Shown piece after piece: positions 61,853 to 64,000 of a stretch of DNA of 64,000 nucleotides; positions within the stretch are counted from its first letter, which is position 1, and every line of letters begins with the position of its first letter. Source of the DNA: a bacterium (GTDB lineage: Bacteria; UBA8248); NCBI GenBank assembly GCA_965199855.1, contig OZ241326.1, positions 2,594,036 to 2,658,035 of the forward strand, read 5' to 3'. A program made the translations under genes and the position numbers. Under the pieces are notes generated by a model. The model saw nothing but the letters and a program-made list of their open reading frames with translations. It searched no databases and was not told the origin of the DNA.

Positions 61853-62329
61853 ATGGGCGAAGTCATCCACGTCACAAAGGCCCGCGTCGTCAAGGAGCCG
61901 GGCAGAGGGATGAAGACGGCGTATTTCGAGGCATTCCCCGACGCGCCGGTTCCCTACGGCATTCACGGGGGAATCAAGAACTTCTACAAGGCGGAGCCCG
62001 TGGAGGAGCGGCCGGCCACGCTGGATCACCTGGCCGCCGCCGTCGCCGGCTGACTGACGGGCAACATGGGAGGCGCGCTGGAGGCGCGCGGAATCAAGAG
62101 CAGTCCCGACAACCTGACGGCGGAGGTCGAGGGCGTCATCGAGAACGTGGACGGCACGGCGCTGGTGACGAAGATCAAGGTCCACTACACGTGCAGGATT
62201 CCGAAGGGAAAGCGCTCGGACGCCGAGCGCGCCCTCGCCGTGCACGAGAAGGGCTGTCCGGCCAGCCAGAGCGTGCGGCGCGGCATCGCCGTCGAACTCT
62301 CGGCCGACTTCGAGGAAATCGAAGAATAG
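61853..62329 (+). CDS. OsmC/Ohr-family peroxiredoxin-like protein with in-frame TGA (candidate selenocysteine) at the conserved peroxidatic Cys position
   Basis: ORF track splits it into 61313..62053 (ends TGA 62051-53) and 62066..62329 in the same frame; joined product ...ATLDHLAAAVAG-U-LTGNMGGALEARGI...VHEKGCPASQSV... matches OsmC motifs (AxG-C and GCP); AAGGAGAG RBS 7 nt before ATG 61853; GC hairpin GCGCGC(UGGAG)GCGCGC ~20 nt after the TGA. Confidence 0.55.
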
Positions 62330-62392
62330 CGAACCTGAGGGACGAGGCCCCGGGAGCGTCCGCCGTTCCCGGAGCTTCGACGCCCGGCGGCC

Positions 62393-62608
62393 TTACACGA
62401 ACGGGACGCCGTATCGGCATCGCCTGTCGATTCCCCACGCCATGCGGGCGGAGAAGCCGAGAAGCAGCGCGAGCCAAGCCGCCTGCGTCCAGGCGCCCGG
62501 AAGAGGCGCGCCCACCGGGAACATCAGGGAGAAGACGAACGCGCTCGGCGCCGCCCACGCGAACGCGAGATAGGCGAGGATGAGCGACCAGTCCAAAAGC
62601 GAGAGCAT
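62393..62608 (-). CDS. Small hypothetical membrane protein
   Basis: Trimmed to MLSLLDWSLILAYLAFAWAAPSAFVFSLMFPVG... two hydrophobic helices; no homology signal. Confidence 0.25.
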   Translation of the reverse strand: MLSLLDWSLILAYLAFAWAAPSAFVFSLMFPVGAPLPGAWTQAAWLALLLGFSARMAWGIDRRCRYGVPFV

Positions 62609-62915
62609 GGCTCTTTTCCGCAGGCGCGGGCGGGCCGAAAACGCGCCTTGAGGGGGAGCGGACAGCGCGATATCACCGATGGCGGATGCTTTTCGAGAGT
62701 TTTTCCGAAAAACGGAGCATGCCCGAAGCGTTTCGCCGACCACTCCCTTCCCGGTCGAGGACGACGCCTGAATGACGGGTTCCGAGGCGGCGCGCGCCGG
62801 AGGGGAAGCCTCCGTCGTCATCCTCAAGGCGGAGGGAGCGCGGAACCGGGGGCTTCGGCCCTCCCGCCAATGGCGAGGAGAGGAAAGCGCTCTCGCAGGC
62901 CGCGCCCGCCTGGCT

Positions 62916-64000
62916 TCATTCTCCGTTCTTATTCAGGCGGCCCAGCGTCTCCAGCACGTGTTCCGGCGTGATGGGGATGCGCGTGACGCGCGCCCCAATC
63001 GCCTGGCCGACCGCGCAGGCCACCGCCGCCGCCGCCGCCGTGCAGGGAGGCTCCCCGATGCCTTTCGCCCCGTAGGGCCCCAGCCCCTCGCCCGATTCCA
63101 GAACCACGTTGTCCCACTCGGGCGTGTCCGCCGAGGTGGGAATGAGGTAGCCGTGAAACTCGTTGTTGAGGAGCGCGCCCCTTTCCGTCAGAACCTCCTC
63201 GGCCAGGGCGTGGCCGACCCCCATCATCGAGCCGCCCTCGAACTGCCCCTCCACGTGCTGCATGTTGATGGCCTGGCCGATGTCGTGCCCCGACCAGTAG
63301 TTGAGAACGCGAAACTCCCCCGTATCGACGTTCACCTCCACTTCCGCCGCGTGAATCCCGAACACGTAGTCCATCCAGCCGCCGGCGTCGCCGTATTGCT
63401 CGCTGCCCTCGTATTCGTGGGCGCCGAGCCGCATCTTTCCCACCGTGTGAAGGTCGACGCCCATCTTCGCGCACTGCGCGGCGGCCTCGGCGAAGCTGAC
63501 GCCGCGCTCCTCGGCGGCCTTCACGAAAACCCTGCCGTCCAGCGCCACCATATCCTCGGGCGCGGCCTCGAGCAGCTCCGCCGCCCCGCGAAGGATGCGT
63601 TCCTTCAGCTCGACCGAGGCCCGGTGGCAGGAGCCGCCCGATATCATCGTCTGGCGGCTGCCCGCCGTCACGCCCACGAGCGGGGTGACGTGGGAGTCCG
63701 ACGTCGTCACCGTCACGTCTTCGAGGGCAACGCCGAGCGTCTCCGCCGCGATCTGGCGGTTCGTCTGGGTCTGGCCGGCGCCCACGTCCGAGACGCCCGT
63801 GCGCACGCTCACGCTGCCGTCGGCGTCGATGGACACATAGACCTCGCCCTCGTTTCTGGGCCTTCCGTATCCGCCGACGTTGGCGACGACGCCGATGCCC
63901 GCGCGCCAGGGGCCATGATCCTTCTCGGGGACGCGGCCCGCCGGGCGGCCGATGAGCGCCCTGGTCTCCTCCGCCAGCTCCGGCAGCATCACCCGCGAGG
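62916..64000 (-). CDS. Xanthine dehydrogenase/aldehyde oxidase-family molybdopterin-binding subunit (partial, C-terminal part; start beyond window end)
   Basis: C-terminal Mo-cofactor binding region (…GVSDVGAGQTQTNRQIAAE…, …GEPPCTAAAAAVACAV…) typical of XDH/CoxL family. Confidence 0.75.
   Translation of the reverse strand, partial: SRVMLPELAEETRALIGRPAGRVPEKDHGPWRAGIGVVANVGGYGRPRNEGEVYVSIDADGSVSVRTGVSDVGAGQTQTNRQIAAETLGVALEDVTVTTSDSHVTPLVGVTAGSRQTMISGGSCHRASVELKERILRGAAELLEAAPEDMVALDGRVFVKAAEERGVSFAEAAAQCAKMGVDLHTVGKMRLGAHEYEGSEQYGDAGGWMDYVFGIHAAEVEVNVDTGEFRVLNYWSGHDIGQAINMQHVEGQFEGGSMMGVGHALAEEVLTERGALLNNEFHGYLIPTSADTPEWDNVVLESGEGLGPYGAKGIGEPPCTAAAAAVACAVGQAIGARVTRIPITPEHVLETLGRLNKNGE

Overview
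High-GC (~65-70%) bacterial chromosomal segment dominated by a ~34 kb minus-strand run of translation and transcription genes. From high to low coordinates it reads: a tRNA operon (Thr-Tyr-Gly-Thr), tuf copy 2, tRNA-Trp, secE, nusG, rplKAJL, rpoBC, rpsLG-fusA-tuf copy 1, then the complete S10, spc and alpha operons ending at rplQ with a clear intrinsic terminator. Right of this block are yacL-like PIN/TRAM, ispD, ispF, cysS and rlmB, moaC, an O-antigen-ligase-family membrane protein, dcd, a parvulin PPIase, a Ca2+/Na+ antiporter, an enoyl-CoA hydratase, a SAM methyltransferase, an EamA transporter, an OsmC-family gene and a partial xanthine-dehydrogenase-family Mo subunit. Left of it are small-molecule metabolism genes (flavin reductase, Zn-ADH, cyclase, MobA-like transferase, Fe-ADH, hpt, HMG-CoA lyase). 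There follows a complete Na+-translocating methylmalonyl-CoA decarboxylase operon in mmdA-D-C-B order with a family III CoA-transferase and a GntR regulator, then ald and a hotdog thioesterase. Most noteworthy: (1) the OsmC-family gene has an in-frame TGA exactly at the conserved peroxidatic Cys position with a GC hairpin just downstream, so it is a candidate selenoprotein. (2) A low-GC single-gene insertion between the HMG-CoA lyase gene and mmdA encodes a DUF429-like protein with a predicted RNase H fold. (3) A conserved ~70-80 nt repeat occurs 3' of two unlinked minus-strand genes. (4) A decayed low-GC remnant with frameshifted ORF fragments lies next to the tRNA operon. (5) The two tuf copies are perfectly duplicated. 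Many long ORFs antisense to rpoB, rpoC, tuf and the ribosomal genes are high-GC artefacts and are rejected.
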